Shown here: one piece after another, positions 63,913-64,000 of the stretch
Position numbering within the stretch: the stretch's first letter is position 1
Layout: each line of letters begins with the position of its first letter
NCBI GenBank assembly: GCA_013265495.1
Contig: MU058221.1
Span: 5,564,066 to 5,628,065, forward strand
Reading direction: 5' to 3'
Origin: Vicugna vicugna
Taxonomy: Eukaryota
DNA: 64,000 bases
The notes under the pieces: generated by a model
The model's input: only the letters and a program-made list of their open reading frames with translations
What the model was told of the DNA's origin: nothing
Databases searched by the model: none
Translations under genes and position numbers: made by a program

Positions 63913-64000
63913 CTGTTGAAAGAGAACGCAACAAAGCTATCAGAAAAGGTCAAGGATGTATGGCCGCCACCTTCAAGAGAAGAGGCGCCGACAGTGCATG

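Overview
This is mammalian genomic DNA, very likely a camelid (alpaca, llama or camel), judged from about 10 copies of the camelid tRNA-derived Vic-1-type SINE. The window holds the conserved IMMT-MRPL35-REEP1 block. IMMT/MIC60 is on the minus strand (coding exons 1-4 and the start of exon 5). MRPL35 is complete on the plus strand (4 coding exons, 188 aa), head-to-head with IMMT. REEP1 is on the minus strand (exon 3 through the 3' UTR), tail-to-tail with MRPL35. All exons were placed by hand from GT/AG boundaries and reading-frame phase. The rest is intronic or intergenic sequence with typical repeats (SINE, L1, L2, MIR, MaLR/ERV LTRs, DNA transposons); repeat family names are by recognition, not by database search. 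I found no convincing wholly new biological system. The most interesting signals are: (i) a modular REEP1 C-terminus with a Cys-rich microexon, an acidic exon, a last exon read in two frames and a competing poison acceptor; (ii) a possible extra phase-compatible REEP1 cassette exon inside an intragenic CpG island carrying perfect NRF1 and CTCF motifs; (iii) an exact 34-bp duplication bracketing the REEP1 poly(A) site; (iv) several informative retrotransposition footprints, including an orphan polyadenylated AT-rich insert.
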